DNA of 64,000 bases, taken from NCBI RefSeq assembly GCF_009914755.1, contig NC_060930.1. The stretch is one strand, 5' to 3'. The position numbers and the translations under genes were made by a program. The DNA is from the human T2T-CHM13v2.0 reference genome, Homo sapiens. The notes under the pieces were generated by a model. That model was given only the letters and a program-made list of their open reading frames with translations. It ran no database searches and was not told where the DNA came from. Shown one piece after another: positions 14,841 through 28,735 of the stretch (position 1 is the stretch's first letter; each line of letters starts with the position of its first letter).

Positions 14841-15644
14841 ATACGTATCAATATGTGTGTTTGTAAATAATATATATGAGTATAAAAAATATATTATATC
14901 ATTATGAACATATATTTTTATAAATATAAATACATTTTATAACTATAACTATATACCTTTTTATAAACATAACATATATTTATATATGCACATGTCTGTG
15001 TGTATATATACAAATACACTCCTTGTCTATTCCCAGGCTAGTGACCCCTCGCTTAAAGACTCTATAAAAGCAGACTAAGTACAATGATATCTCCCCACCT
15101 TTCTCATGATACTTCAAACTTGTCTAATGACAGTTTTTTAAAACAGTGCAATAATTAACTAGAACACCTGTGTACTGGTGTCATATTTTCTGAATGGTAG
15201 TCATATTTTCTGAATCAAAACCAAATGCTCATCCTCTTTTTTTTATTTAAAAATCCACGCATTGAGAGTTGAATCAAATTTTGCTTTGAATAATGTGACA
15301 AAGAAAGAAAAGCTTTTTCCTGAATCTCTTCTTCCAACCTAATATTAACCATTTTTTAGAAATGTGCTCACATTCTCCTCTGGAATAAAAAAAAAAAAGG
15401 ACAAACATCTTCCAACAGAAATGCCATCATGATGGTGATCTCAAAGAGTTTTGTGAGCCCACAGTGAGGCCACATCTGCTGTCTCTGACCCCAATCAGCT
15501 CTTCCTCTAGATATCTGCTTGTCTAACTCTTAACATCTTAAAGTCCTTGCTCAAATCTCACTTTGCCAATTAGGGCTTACACTGATTCTATTTAATACTA
15601 TAATACCACCTTCCCCCATCCCTGACATTCCTGATTTTCTCTAG

Positions 15645-15775
15645 CCTTTCCCTCCCTCCCCCCTCCCTCCCCCCTCCCTCCCTCCTTTCCTCCTCTTTCT
15701 TTTCTTTTCTTTTCTCTCTCTTTCCCTCCCTCCATCCCTCCCTCCCTTCTTTCCTTTCTTTCTTTCTCTTTCTTT

Positions 15776-15826
<51 letters not shown>

Positions 15827-15923
15827 CTTCTTTCCCTCCCTCCCTCCCTCCCTCCCTCCCTCCCTCCCTCCCTCCCTCCCTCCCTTCCTTCCTTCCTTTC
15901 TTCCTTCCTTCCTTCCTTCCTTC
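15645..15923. repeat. Pure polypyrimidine tract ((CCCT)n/(CTTT)n/(CCTT)n) at an Alu tail
   Basis: ~280 bp almost free of purines on the + strand. Confidence 0.95.
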
Positions 15924-16172
15924 ATCTTGCTCTGTTGCCCAGCCTGGAGTGCAATGGAGCAAACTTAGCTCACTGCAACTTTGAATTCCTGGACTCAGGT
16001 CAATCCTCCCACCTCAGCCTCCTGAGTAGCTAGAACCACAGGTGCATGGCACCATGCCCAGCTAACAATTTTTTTAAGAGATGGAGCCTCATTATATTAC
16101 CCAGGATGGTCTTGAATGCATCAAGCAATCCCAAAGCTCTGGAATTATAGGCATGAGCCATCATGCCCACCC
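15924..16172 (-). mobile_element. AluJ, internally deleted, within L2 remnants
   Basis: tcttgctctgttgcccagcctggagtgcaatgg...ggcatgagccatcatgccc. Confidence 0.85.
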
Positions 16173-17294
16173 ATTTATCACCTTTTAATATTTTTACTTT
16201 TAGAGTTTACTTATGTATTACATTTATTGTTAATTGTCTGTATCCTCTACAAGAATGTAAGCACCAAGAAAAAAGTAATATTTACTTTGTTCATATTTCC
16301 AAGTTCCTAAAGCAGTCCCTGTCATATAACGGGAGTGCAACAAATATTTGCTGAATTAATAAATGAATGGGTGTGGCTGGGGTAAAATAAACAAGGATGA
16401 AAGGGCAGAGATGAGGTCGTTGAGTTAGACAGGAATCAGATGACAAAGAGTCTCTGAGGCCATTTGAAGGCTTTAGATTTCATTCTGAGTGAGATGTGAG
16501 GTCACTGGATGTGTGCACTGAATACCACAATCTGACAGAGAGAGAGAAAAGAGCCAGTGGAGAAAGAGAAGTTGAACCCACCAAGAGATTGGCGATCGAT
16601 CAATGGAACAAAATCTTAGAGGTAATTAGGGGGGTTGGGATCTACATGTCCAGGTGGCCTTGGTCAGAAGAAGGTATAGGTATGCAACAAGTAAAGATGA
16701 TTGTCTACATAAACTACAGACCATCGCTCTGGTTAAAGTGCCCTGGTTAAGTGGCCCTTAATTTCTTTGGGTAATTCTATTGTCTTGGCAGACACATCAT
16801 ATTGTTTTGGAAAACAACTGGGTTATAAATATGGTAGTCATATTTTTTGAATCAAAAATGAGGTGAATGGCTTAGAAAATGTTTTTCTCTAATCTATAAG
16901 TTTACTTATATGTAAAGTTTTATAACTATATTAGAATTAAATCATATTCAGTGTTATAAATGTTAATACATAGCAGAAACAAAATGCAGAGTGTTTTTAG
17001 TGGGTATTCCAAAGTCTACCTTGGTTAGATTGTGATTCTGCATGCAAAAGTGGGTCAAACCTACCATCATGGCCACAGGTATCAGGCTCAGGGGTATGAA
17101 TGTTACTCCAGGAACATTTTCTGAGTATACATATAGCATACCTCCAGAGCTATGCTTTAGGAAGATTAAAGTGGAAGCAACTTGGAACAGAATAAAGCTG
17201 GAAATTGGATTGAAGCATCATAATTCAGGGATTCTAAGTACAATTTTGAAACAAGGAGATTTGCTGATTTGTATTGTCAACTTTCATGCCAAAC

Positions 17295-18005
17295 AAACTA
17301 GGCTCAACTCACACCCCTACCACTTGCTAGCTGTATGGTCTTAGGTAAGTTATCTAATTGGGATTTCACATTCCTCGTGCATAAAATAGGGCAAACAATA
17401 ATGTTTAGGAAGGATGATCCAAGGATTAAATAAGCCAACAAGGAAAGCACTTAAAATAGGGCCTGCTACTTAATTAGCGCTGACTATTAACTATTACTGT
17501 TTCTACTACTCCTATCTTGTAGGGCAATATTAGACATAAATAGTCTCATGCTATATTTCTGCTGCATTTTGACACCACCAAAAGTACAGCCAATTCATAT
17601 GAAAGTAATTCATTTCTGACTATAAACATTCAACAAAACTATCTTATTTCAAAAAACAACACTGACTAATATTTGGAAGTAGAAAAACTCAAAGTTACAA
17701 CAGTTACTAATTTCATGATGTGGGAGGATTATAAAATTTCATATAACTGATATAGTTGTATCAGTTTTGGCCATAGCTAAGACTTACAAAGCAATTACGA
17801 TTTGCCAGGTACTACGCTATCTATCTAATTTACATGTGTTATATCCTTCTAATAACTTCACGAGATGAGGATTATTATTAACCATCTTCCCAAAGAGGAA
17901 AAAGGCTTAAAGAACTTGATAACTTGAGTAAAGATACACCATTAATAAGTGTCTCCACCTGGATTTCAACTCAGGCAGTCTGACCCTAGTGTCCACACTA
18001 CATTA
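17295..18005. mobile_element. Two MIRs (+ ~17295-17500; - ~17770-18005)
   Basis: ccacttgctagctgtatggtcttaggtaagtta; ggatttcaactcaggcagtctgac. Confidence 0.65.
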
Positions 18006-18424
18006 TGAGGTTATGACAGGCAATTGAAATAATGTGTAGTAACTTATCAATTAAAATTTAAAACAAAAAGACTAATTTCTAGGAATTATACCCCAAAATT
18101 TGATAACAAAGCAAAAATATTCTTTATCAGATCATCAATGATTTGGTAATATATGTTTCACCCAAAATTAAGGAACAAAATAAAACCATAGGCAAAAAAA
18201 ATGCTTTACAGAGATCAAAAACCTAGAGAAAAGTTAACATTATTTACCATTCATACGGATTACTGGGCTTGAAATTACTCAGTGTCTCAAAGTACTGATA
18301 AGATATTGGCTGGGACTAGGTGTATTACGTATTTTTTTTTAATTTTCTGTATATAATGATTTGTGTGGGTGTGTAAATTTTTTTAAAATAATATTTCTTA
18401 AATGTATAACATCTTTAAAAGAAA

Positions 18425-18780
18425 CAGAAAACCTTCCTGGCTGGGGAGAGATTGCTCCTCTCCCTCTCGGGGCAAGCTAGTTCTTCCAGTTGGCACAGAA
18501 CTCAGCCTGGAGCATACCTTTGACATGCAAATCAACCAATCTAGAACTACACCCTTCTATCTGGCCCAGATAACCCAAGAAGCAATATTCCTCTGCCTTA
18601 ATCATCTCAGGGCCAGATATCAGGCCACTAGAAACCACTCTACAGTTTAGAGCCCCTGGGGATTATTCAAACTAGCTAATGCTAAACTGTTGACTTGTCC
18701 CTTCTCTGCCTTTCCTGTGGAAATCCTAATAAAGGATCTAGCTCCTTTTGTGGCTCCCAACTGACTGACCATCATACAAT
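18425..18780 (+). mobile_element. ERVL LTR, MER74/MER54-like
   Basis: atgcaaatcaaccaatc, ggattattcaaactagctaat, aataaagg. Confidence 0.6.
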
Positions 18781-19589
18781 AGGGTTCTGCTAACTCAAAA
18801 TTCAGTGCAGAAAACTGTCAAAAAGTCTTTATATAAAACATTCGTTTCATATAAAATGTCAAATGGGATGGTTGATAGAGCTGCAAACAGAGGCTAGACC
18901 AAGATACTTATCTCTTAAAACTAGCCATATATTCTTACATTTGTTCATTAAACTCATTCAGTAAATAGTTGTTGAATAATTTTTAAGTTCTAGGCAGCTA
19001 GGTACTACAAAGACCAACTATGTTTAGTTTCTGTTGTTGGAGACGTTGCATTTTGGTGGGGTAAATACATAAATACACAAATAAAAAATATTTTTAAAAG
19101 TTAGTGATTCTCTAACTTGTCTTACTTTTAAGGAAATATAGAGTAAGACAAGTCAGAGAATCACCAAGGGCAGAGTTGGGGAAAGTGACTTTAGATGGGG
19201 TAAGACTAAAATATCTATCTGAAGAGGAGACATTCAAGCTGACTGAAAGATTAGTAAGAGAAAGAGTTCCAGGCACAGGAATCTTACTGAATTTACCAGT
19301 AGGTACATGTCTCCAAAGAAACAATGTAAATATTCCTTTTTCTCTCCTAATATCTTCTGGATACTTCCAAACCTGTCTTCAATTTTTATAAAAAGCACTT
19401 AGTTCATAAGTTTCTGCAAGAACATGGACTGTTACTTTACTCATCTTCATAGCTCTGGTACTTCACACAATGCCTTCACATGGTGAGCACTCAAAAAATA
19501 AGTTTGAGGGCCAAGTAAAATAATGGATGAATTAAGGGTTAATCCACATAAGCCTGGGAGGTTTTCCAAAGAAATTTTAAAACTTATAT

Positions 19590-21975
19590 TTCAGGGTGAT
19601 GTCAGTAAAAATAGCAGAGCAAGGATCTCCTAAAGTTCCCTCCTTAAAAGCAATAAGAAATTTGGTAAAAATTCTAAGTATCAAGTTTTTAGAATTCTAC
19701 AGATTAACCAAAGTTTTGCAGCAATTCAAGAATGTCTATTCAAGAAAAAAACAGTTGAATCTTGATAAGAACATCAAGCTTAACATCATTTTAACCTGCC
19801 CTATTCTCAAACCCCTCTTTATATCTCCATAGAAGCCTTAAAAGCCAGAAGTCTGCATTCACAGTGAAAATCAACAACCCACAGTCACTAGATAGGGCAC
19901 AACAAGGTTGGAACTTCTTCTAAACCTCAGTACTACAGTATTCTCATTATGCGACAAGTTTGGCAGTTTCCTAGAAGACCTTACTTGCAAGACTGTCTTT
20001 ATTTGACATGACTTGGAGCTCACTCAGTATGAAAAGCCTTTCCTCCAGGGGTGTTGGTTTAAAATATTTAAAGACAACTGTTTAACTTTGCAACTATCTG
20101 AGTCAGTAGGTAACTGTTGGACAAACAACAGGCAAACCAACAAGATGAAAATGAAAGGCTAGGGAATGAGTTGTTCATAGTGGCTTTGCAGAGGTCTAAT
20201 GAATTCCCAGGAATTTAGAAGGGCATCCATTTGCCCAGGGCTTTACTCATGTTCAGGAAAGACATGAGAAGGCCACAAGCTGTCATGTACACCCATCCTT
20301 GAGGCTCTGGCACAGGTAGAAAGCGAAAGCTAAGGCAGAGTTGTCAACTGCTTGGCTGAGTGTTGAAGGCATGGCCAACATGCACACACAGTCCCTTAGC
20401 AAAGAATGGGGACTTCTAAATTACTGAGGTAAAGAAATATCTGTCTAGTTAATACCTGATCACTAAATAATGGAGCAGAGACTTCTGTGGCCACCCATGA
20501 CAAAGAATGCAAACATTACAGAATTAGTTAAGGAAAATAACTAAACAATCAAACAAACAACAAGAACAATAAACAGCAACAACAACAAACCCTGAGGAAA
20601 GGGAAGAATCTAATTTCCAAAGTTGTTACATTCTATTATTTAAAATGTCCAGTTTTCAACAAAGAATTATAAGGCATATAATAAGAAACATGAAATAAGA
20701 CATGAAATAAGAAAATACAGTGTTGAATGTGTATCACTTTCACACAATCATAAAGTTAAAAAATCAAGAGTTGAACCACTATAAGTAGAAGACTGTCTGA
20801 ATAGATTATTCACAGAGGAAAAAAAGGAATCAACAGAAAGCGTCCCTGAAGAAACTGTTGCTGGACTTAATAAAGATTTTAAATCAGATATTTTCATTAT
20901 GTTCAAAGAACTAAGGAAATCTTTTCTAAAGAACTAAATAGAGAAATTGTAAAGATTAGAACAAAATTAAATTAAATACAAAAATCACTAGGAAAAATAA
21001 AATCAAGTTAAAATAAACAAAATTAAAAAGTGAGTTCTTTGAAAACAAAATTGACAAATATGTAGCTACAATGACCCAGAAGGTAAAACAGGACCCAAAC
21101 TAAAATCAGGAATGAAATATTTGGTTTTCCAGTGCCCTTACAGAAATAAAATGGATTGTGTGGAACACTATGAAAAATTTTATACCAACAAATTAGATAA
21201 TCTAGATGAAATGGACATAGTCCTAAAAAGACATAAAGTATAAAACTGACTCAAGAAGAAATAGATAATCTAAATAGACCAGTAACAAGTAGAAAGACTG
21301 AATTAATCAAAAAACTTCTCAAAAAGAAAATCTTAGGACCAGATCACTTCATTGGTGAATTCTACCATATGTTTAAAGAAGAAATAATATCAATCTTTCA
21401 TAACCTCTTTCAAAAATTAGAAGAGGAAGAAATACACTCTCTAAAGCCAGAATTATCTTGATACCAAAACCAGACAAAGTTATTTTAAGAAAAGAAAATT
21501 ATAAGTCAATATTCCTTATTAACATAGATTCTTCAAAAAAAATACTTCAAAAAATACTAGCAAACTGAATCTAGCAACATATAAAGAAAATTATACATGA
21601 GGATTAAGCAGGATTTATTCCAGAAATGCATGGATGCTTCAAGACCTGAAAATCAATTAATGTAAAACATTATAATATAAAACTGTACACTAGACGAAAG
21701 GAGCCAGACACAAAGGACCACATATCATATGTTTCCATTTATATGGACTGTCCACAAAAGGCAAATGTGTCAGGACAATAAGTAAATTAATGGTCGTCAG
21801 AAGCTAGAAATAGAAGGAAACAGAAAGTGACTCCTAATGGGTATGGGATTTATTTTGAAGGTGATAAAAATGTTCTGGGACTAGACAGTGTTGATGGTTG
21901 CAATCTTATAAATATACTAAAAACTACTACATTTCACACTTTGAAAGGATAAATTTTATGGTATGTTAATTATCT
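19590..21975 (+). mobile_element. Degenerate L1M (5' region, ORF1/ORF2 remnants, L1MB-type 3' end), with a MER47/Tigger fragment at ~20718-20798
   Basis: ORF2-like NKLDNLDEMD...TQEEIDNLNRP at ~21185-21285; 3'UTR gggtatgggatttattttgaaggtgataaaaatgttctgg. Confidence 0.8.
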
Positions 21976-22105
21976 ATGATTATATATATATAATTTTATT
22001 TATAAGTTGATGCATGTTACATGCACACAAACTTATAGCTCAAGATGACAACCTGAGAACGCACTTCTACCTTCCTCTGCCCCAATGTCCCATTAAAAAA
22101 AATGA

Positions 22106-22255
22106 AGCCCAATATGCTGGCACACACTTGTGGTCCTAGCTACTCAGGAGGCTGTGGCAGGAGGATCACTTGAGCCCAGGAGCTCGAGGCTGTAGTGAGC
22201 TATGATCATTCCACTGTACTCCAGGTGACAAAGTGAGACCCTGTTGCTAAAAAGT
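22106..22255 (+). mobile_element. FRAM / AluJ right monomer
   Basis: ggaggatcacttgagcccaggag...gtgagctatgat. Confidence 0.85.
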
Positions 22256-22791
22256 AAATTAAAAAGTGTGCAATTAAAAAATAAAAACACAGCTGTAAAA
22301 CAAGAAAAGGAAGAAGCAGATAATGAAGACTTAGGAAGATAATAAAGACTTAGATAATAAAGACTTAGATAGAAGGTGTACAGGATTAGTTAGAGGAAGT
22401 AGAATAATGAAAAGCACCACCCAAAATAATTGGGGCTAAGCAAGCATCTTCACAAAGGAGCCCCAAAAAGCTTTCATTTTAAAGTAAACAAATAGAGAAC
22501 ACAAGAGTAGGCTGAAAGGCAGCTATCAAGATAGTTCAAGAACTAACTGCCTTTAGAAAAGTGGTATGAGTCTGACCCTTTCCTTTCGCAAGTATTCAAT
22601 AGTAGATTTTACCCTGAGATTTGTTTTATAAGAAAGTTGGGCAAAGTGCCTAGAAGTGAGTGTTGAAGCCACAGAGATACAGCATTGGAAATTCATAAAA
22701 GACTTTCCCAAGAAGGAAATGGTGATCTTGCGGGAGACAAGAGCATAGAACAGAAAAACTGCTGTGCTGAGTCAGATTCCTGTTCCATGCC

Positions 22792-23338
22792 TGTGATGAT
22801 AATTTGTACATGTAACTTGACTGGATCGGGGGTGCCCAGATATTTGACTAAACATTATTTCTGGGTGTGTCTGTGAGGGTATTACTAGTTGATATTAGCA
22901 TTTCAATCAGTAGACTGAGTAGGGCAGACTGCCCTCCTATATGTGGGTGGGTAAATTTACTCAGGGTTCTCCAGAGAAACAAAACTCAACAGATTAGATG
23001 ATGCCTAGATGATGGTTAATTCTATATGTTAACTTGACTGGCCATGGGGTATTCAGTTTAACCATTATTCTGGGTGTGTCTGTGAGGGTGTTTCTGGATG
23101 ACAGATGAGTATTTGAATTCGTGGGCTCAGTAAAGTAGGCTTCCCTCCCTAATGTAAGTGTGCACCATCCAATCCACTGAGAGCCTGCATCAACAGCACA
23201 TCATGGGACTCCTCAGCCTCCATAGTCAGGTCAGCCAATTTTTTATAATAAATGTCTTTTGAGTTTTCTCTCTCTCTTTATCTATGTATCTATTTACATC
23301 CTAATTGGTTCCATTTCTCTGGAGAATCCTGACTAATC
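22792..23338. mobile_element. Cluster of three MLT2 (ERVL) LTR pieces (+,-,+)
   Basis: Two 5' starts (aacttgactgg...ctgggtgtgtctgtgagggt), an antisense 3' end (tcagggttctccagagaaac) and a sense 3' end (tttctctggagaatcctgactaat). Confidence 0.8.
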
Positions 23339-25057
23339 GAATGTACTTAAATGTTCCTTCCTTGACAGAATCCTTTGTATGGACACATGGATATCTTCCT
23401 TGATATCAGCTTCCAAAGATCTGTGGACTCCTCTCACAACATTTAAATTCCTGAGCTGCTACTAGATCTTATGTATGGATTATTGAATAGCTTCTGTATA
23501 AGTATGGTTAAAAAAAAAGTTTGATGTCTTTCATAAATAGTTTTCAATTCTGCAGTAGTGTCTTATAGACTGAAAGCATCCATATAATGTAGCTGTTGCA
23601 GTGGTAGTACTATTCGAAGGAGCATTTTTTGTGTCAGAAGAGAACAATGGGTTTTAAAAATAAACAATAACATAGAAAAAGCAAAAAGGTTTTAATCTTT
23701 CTCCACTAGAACTGGGTTCAAGAGTTCTAGAATCAAGCCTTGTAGAAATTTAGATTAATGTTACACTTCTGTTGTGGCCTTTGGGTCAGAGAGGACCCCC
23801 CACGTTATCCCCATCATCCCCTCTCTACTCTTTTATTTCCTAAAGCCACAAATTTGGAGTACCCTAAGTCAGGAAAAGACTCTAGTAAGGAAATGATAAA
23901 GGAGAATATGTGACAATCAAGAGTGCATTGCCTTTTTCCATTTGTAGACATGTGGGCATGTGCCTTTCTATTTGTTTTGTAGATGCAAGCTGCACAAAGG
24001 CCAGTTGTCTTCTCTTATATTCACCAGTGTCTTTCCAGAATCTAACCTGTTAGCATTGTTGGCATTCAATGATAATGATGCTCACCATTTCTATAAGGTC
24101 CAGCATCTGCTGACGCATACTCAAGGCTCAGACAATATTACTTAGATATTCATGGTTGCCAAGCCAGTTTACTTTTTGGTTTAACTCCATAAGAAGCAAT
24201 CCAAAAAAAAAAACTTTAAATAAAATATTTTCAGTAATCATGGAAGGGAGAGGGAAAACCATTAACTGGCATCATACCTTTTGCCCTAATATTATATTGT
24301 TTTCTTCCAAGAAAACCCTATCATTTCTTATTCTTTTTATATCAGGATACATAATACGACATATTAAGAAGTTTAAAAAAGTCAACTCCCCAGATTGGTC
24401 AAATTATGCTGAATAAACAAGTAGTTGAGTACTCTCTATTCAAGCTTGTATTTGCTTTTTAAAAGAGATGATAAATAAACAGCTGACATCTGAACTAAAG
24501 AGTTCAAGGCAACAATCCCTATTTGCAGCTCCTAAATCCTCAAATTTCTAACAACCATAAGGGTTTTTTTATTTCTTTTTGTTTACTTGTTTTTTGTTTG
24601 TTGTCTTTTAATAATCCTTTGGTAGCAAGCCTTACCTGACCTCTACAGTCCTATTAGGGCTCTTATGTAATATATGGAATATACCCTTATTACTTTTATA
24701 AAATCTGAAAAATCCTGAACTTGAAAACTGTGGACATTCATTCAATTGAGGTGAGGATCCAAGACATTAGAAGAACAAACAGGTGTATATATATTTAAGT
24801 AAGGAAATTAGGCAAATCACAATCTCTATAGCACTGATTTCATCATTTGGAAAATGAAGGAGTTGCACAAAAATATGCTTGACAGTAATTAAACTCTAGG
24901 ATTCTACCTGATCAATTTATATCCTGATATATAACAAATTATGTTGAATTTTGGATTATGTTGAATTTTTATAAAATTATAGGTATTTAGCTTTGCCAAT
25001 AATGTGTGACAAACATGCATTATTAGCTGTGTCTTCCTATATAATAAGGTTTAGTAC

Positions 25058-25148
25058 CTGCTTTGCCAAACACAGAAGATATGCCTTCCATAATGGCCTT
25101 GTGGATATCAGGATGAGAAAGGACGTATGCAAGTGTCCAAAATGCAAC
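25058..25148 (-). CDS. CYP39A1: CYP39A1 exon 7 (91 bp); later exons lie left of the window
   Basis: Acceptor TTTAAG|GTT; VAFWTLAYVLSHPDIHKAIMEGISSVFGKA(G); donor G|GTACTA. No ExxR or heme-motif exons seen in 1-25057, so intron 7 exceeds 25 kb. Confidence 0.96.
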
Positions 25149-26547
25149 CTTAAAAAGAAAAACATATATCAAAAATATGAACTTCTTTGAAGGTGAACAA
25201 AAGCATATTTAGTATTAGCCATACATATATTTTTTAAAAAGGATGATGTTTAAATTAACCTTAAGAGCACATTAGTAGAAAGCATATTTTGAAAACAACT
25301 AGATATTATTAATAAGAGATATGTAATATATCTCCAAGAAGCCAGATTTAAATTTTTATTTTGTCACTATAATTTAACTATATAATTTAAATAGATTAAA
25401 CATCTATCTTCACTAAAAATGAGAAAAGTTGTTATTTTTACTAATGAGTAACACAAAATATTATATAGGCATATATTAAATTTTCAGAAGCAACTAGTTA
25501 TGACACTTAAGAATATTAATCCAAAACAAAAACATTTCTTAAGATTTAATTTCCTTAGAATACAAGTGAATTAGCACATTTTATATTCTGCAACTGAAAC
25601 ACAGTAGTTTTAAATAAGCCCAGGAAAATGCAGCAGGAAACCATCCCGTAAACTAAATTATGAGAGTACTCAATGTCAAAAACAAAGTCCTTTTTTTTGG
25701 CTTTTTTTGGCTCTGAATTAGTAAATAAAAGAAAAAAAATTTTTGAGTCCTTTCACACTTGAATGCTATTGAATATAGTATATTTGCACATTTTCTCTCT
25801 TGGCCACTCAAACTTATTTCATATCTTTCCTCGTTGTGGTATTACAAGATAAAATCATACTGCTTTACATCTTAAAAATTAACTTCCTCCTCAGGTAAAT
25901 AGTTTTGCTTCTATTCTTAGGTTACGTAATAAAGAAAACCTGTATAAAATCATCCAAAGAAGTGTGGGTTTCACTTTCATTTTTTTCTAAATACATTTAT
26001 TATGAAAGAGATTTCATCTAGGAGAATTGGTCCTGAAATGATTCATGCAATATTTTGACTAAATTTAGTCTGTCTCTTTTGTGAGGTAACATTATGTACC
26101 TTTAAATAATACCAATACTCCCCTCTGTGGTCAAAAGAGGAAGAGCAATTGTCCGAAAAGAAGTGCTCAAATAAGCCAAATTCAATACTGTTCATTATTT
26201 TTCCCTTTCTAACTTTAAATTGATAGTGCAAGGATAAATATGGTACTGTTTACATAAACGATGTGAATAGGGGAACCAAGGGTCCTCAATTTAGAGGCTT
26301 TCTTTCAGGAGTGTTATCCAGATTAAGAAAGATTTATCCTAGAGATTTTCTAGTTCATTTTTACAGATGATGAAACAGATGCTCAGAGAACTATCTTGTC
26401 CTGTCTCTACTCAGGCCCCCTTTCTACTATTAACTACAGATAAAAGTGCTAAATTACTGAATTCAATTAATAACTACTCCATACTCACTTCATCTTACTT
26501 GAAGAGTCAGAGTTCATGTTGGGGAAAAAAATAGTGATAAGACATAA

Positions 26548-26912
26548 TGTATTAGTCTGTTTTCACACTTCTTTATAAAGAATTCCCTGAGACTGGGTAA
26601 TTTATAAACAAAAGAGGTTCAACTGACTCACAGTTCTGCATGGGTGGGGAGGCCTCAGGAAACTTACAATCATGGCAGAAGGCAAATGGGAAGCAAGGCA
26701 CATCTTACACGGTGGCAGAAGAAGGGGGTGGGGAAAATGGCCAAACACTTTTAAAGCATCAGATATTATGAGAACTCACTCACTATCACAAGGACAGCCT
26801 GGGGAAAACTGTCCCCATTATCCAATCACCTCCCACCAGGTCCCTCCCTTTACATGTGGGGATTACAATTCAAGATGAGATGCGGGTGGGTACACAGAGC
26901 CAAGCCATATTA
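26548..26912 (-). mobile_element. THE1 (C/D-like) MaLR solo LTR
   Basis: tgtattagtctgttttcacac...gaggcctcaggaaacttacaatcatggcagaagg...agccaagccatatta. Confidence 0.9.
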
Positions 26913-27031
26913 CTTAGATTTTCAGTTACGCAAAACGGATGTTCATAGTTGTATGTGCCTAAATATAGCTTTAGAGATTCAATAAAATTGGATACTACTT
27001 TTTAAATGACAAACATAAGCAATTTAGCTAA

Positions 27032-27345
<314 letters not shown>

Positions 27346-28529
27346 TTTTTTTTAATGTCTCCTTTTTCCTTAACAGATTACAGTTTTTAAAATTTTTTCT
27401 ATTTTTAAAAAAGCCAAAGTATTTTTAAAAGATAAAAAGGCATATAAAATAGTTAATAAAAGTTTATATGTATTACTACATCAATAAGCAAGAATAAGTG
27501 ACTTTGAGGTCTTTGTGCACCCACATTTGGGAAAGGGGTTGAAAACTGCTCCCAACAGTACCAATTAGTATTTTGTAAAACAGTTCAAGTCCAAGGTCAG
27601 AGATGGGCAAGAAGAAGAAGGGCCACTCAGCTCACTGAACTGCAGAAGCAGCCACCATAATGTCATTCCATTGTTTTGGAGAGGTAAGAACAAATGAGAG
27701 AAAGGGCAAGGAGGAAAACTCTGTATCTTTGCTGTGTCAAAGAGAAGATGAATTGAGTGTGTTCTTTGGTACTGATTTATCTATTCAAAAAGAGATTTTG
27801 ATGGAGTCTTCATACCATGCCAGAGAGTCTTCTACCGATCATGGTAAACACAAATATGTTGGGAGATAATTCCTGTCCAAAGTATTTTCACATTTAGTTG
27901 GGCATATGAATACATATTGGAGAAAAATGAACGAAATGTACAAGACAGTGAGAGAGCAAACACATGTTACAAAAAATAAATACTGTGGGAGTTGAGAGTG
28001 GGATGGGGTAGCAATTGCTACTGAAAGTATTTAGAAAGAATGTAAGAGATGCAGCAGATAAAAAAGGTAAAATGTCAGCTTTGTGATTGGTTTGGAGAAA
28101 TCTTCTAAAAAAATCATTTGGCAGTCAGAAATTTCTTGGAACTTAGAAATGGTTTTCCCATAAAAATAATTTCATAAATTATAGTTAATATCTTGGGCCA
28201 CAATGGAGCCTCCTAGTGACCCAGTGCCTAACCCATCTGAAGCCTGAGCTCTGAGTCCTATGGGCCTTGAGGCAGAGTACAAAGTAGGAGAGAGGAGATA
28301 TAGATATACTCTGGGCTCCAGGAAAAGACAGGCCCCACCACCTACACCTCTGGTAGGGCTTCTGGTATTCTCAGCAGCAATAAAGGTCACTAAAGCAGAA
28401 TAGCAGTGGATATTCCCACTCTGGGGCCTTTGAGCCATCAAATATTTGGAAGCCTATGTTCAGTATTAACGGGCCATTGAAAATAATGATTGACTGAAAC
28501 TAGGGAGATAATTTTTGTAAGGGAAGAAA

Positions 28530-28735
28530 ACTAGCATTTATTGAAGACCTATGCTGAACCAGGTGCTATTAGCCACAATCTATTTCTTACCAAAATAATC
28601 CTTACAACAACCCTTTAAGGTAGGTATAGCATTAATCCCATTTTACAGATAAGGGCACTGAGGCTTGGGCAGGTTAAACAATTGGCCCACTGTTACCCAG
28701 TGCTGGCAATTGGCTTTGGATCTGACTCTAAAGCC
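28530..28735 (-). mobile_element. MIR
   Basis: cccattttacagataagggcactgaggct core. Confidence 0.75.

Noticed and set aside
15588-15962. E/R/K/G-rich ORFs
   Set aside because: Translation of the purine microsatellite.
22318-22372. Short ATAATAAAGACTTAG repeats, and similar 12-17 bp doublets at ~9954, ~20686 and ~24938
   Set aside because: Ordinary slippage; no repeat-spacer organisation, so not CRISPR-like.
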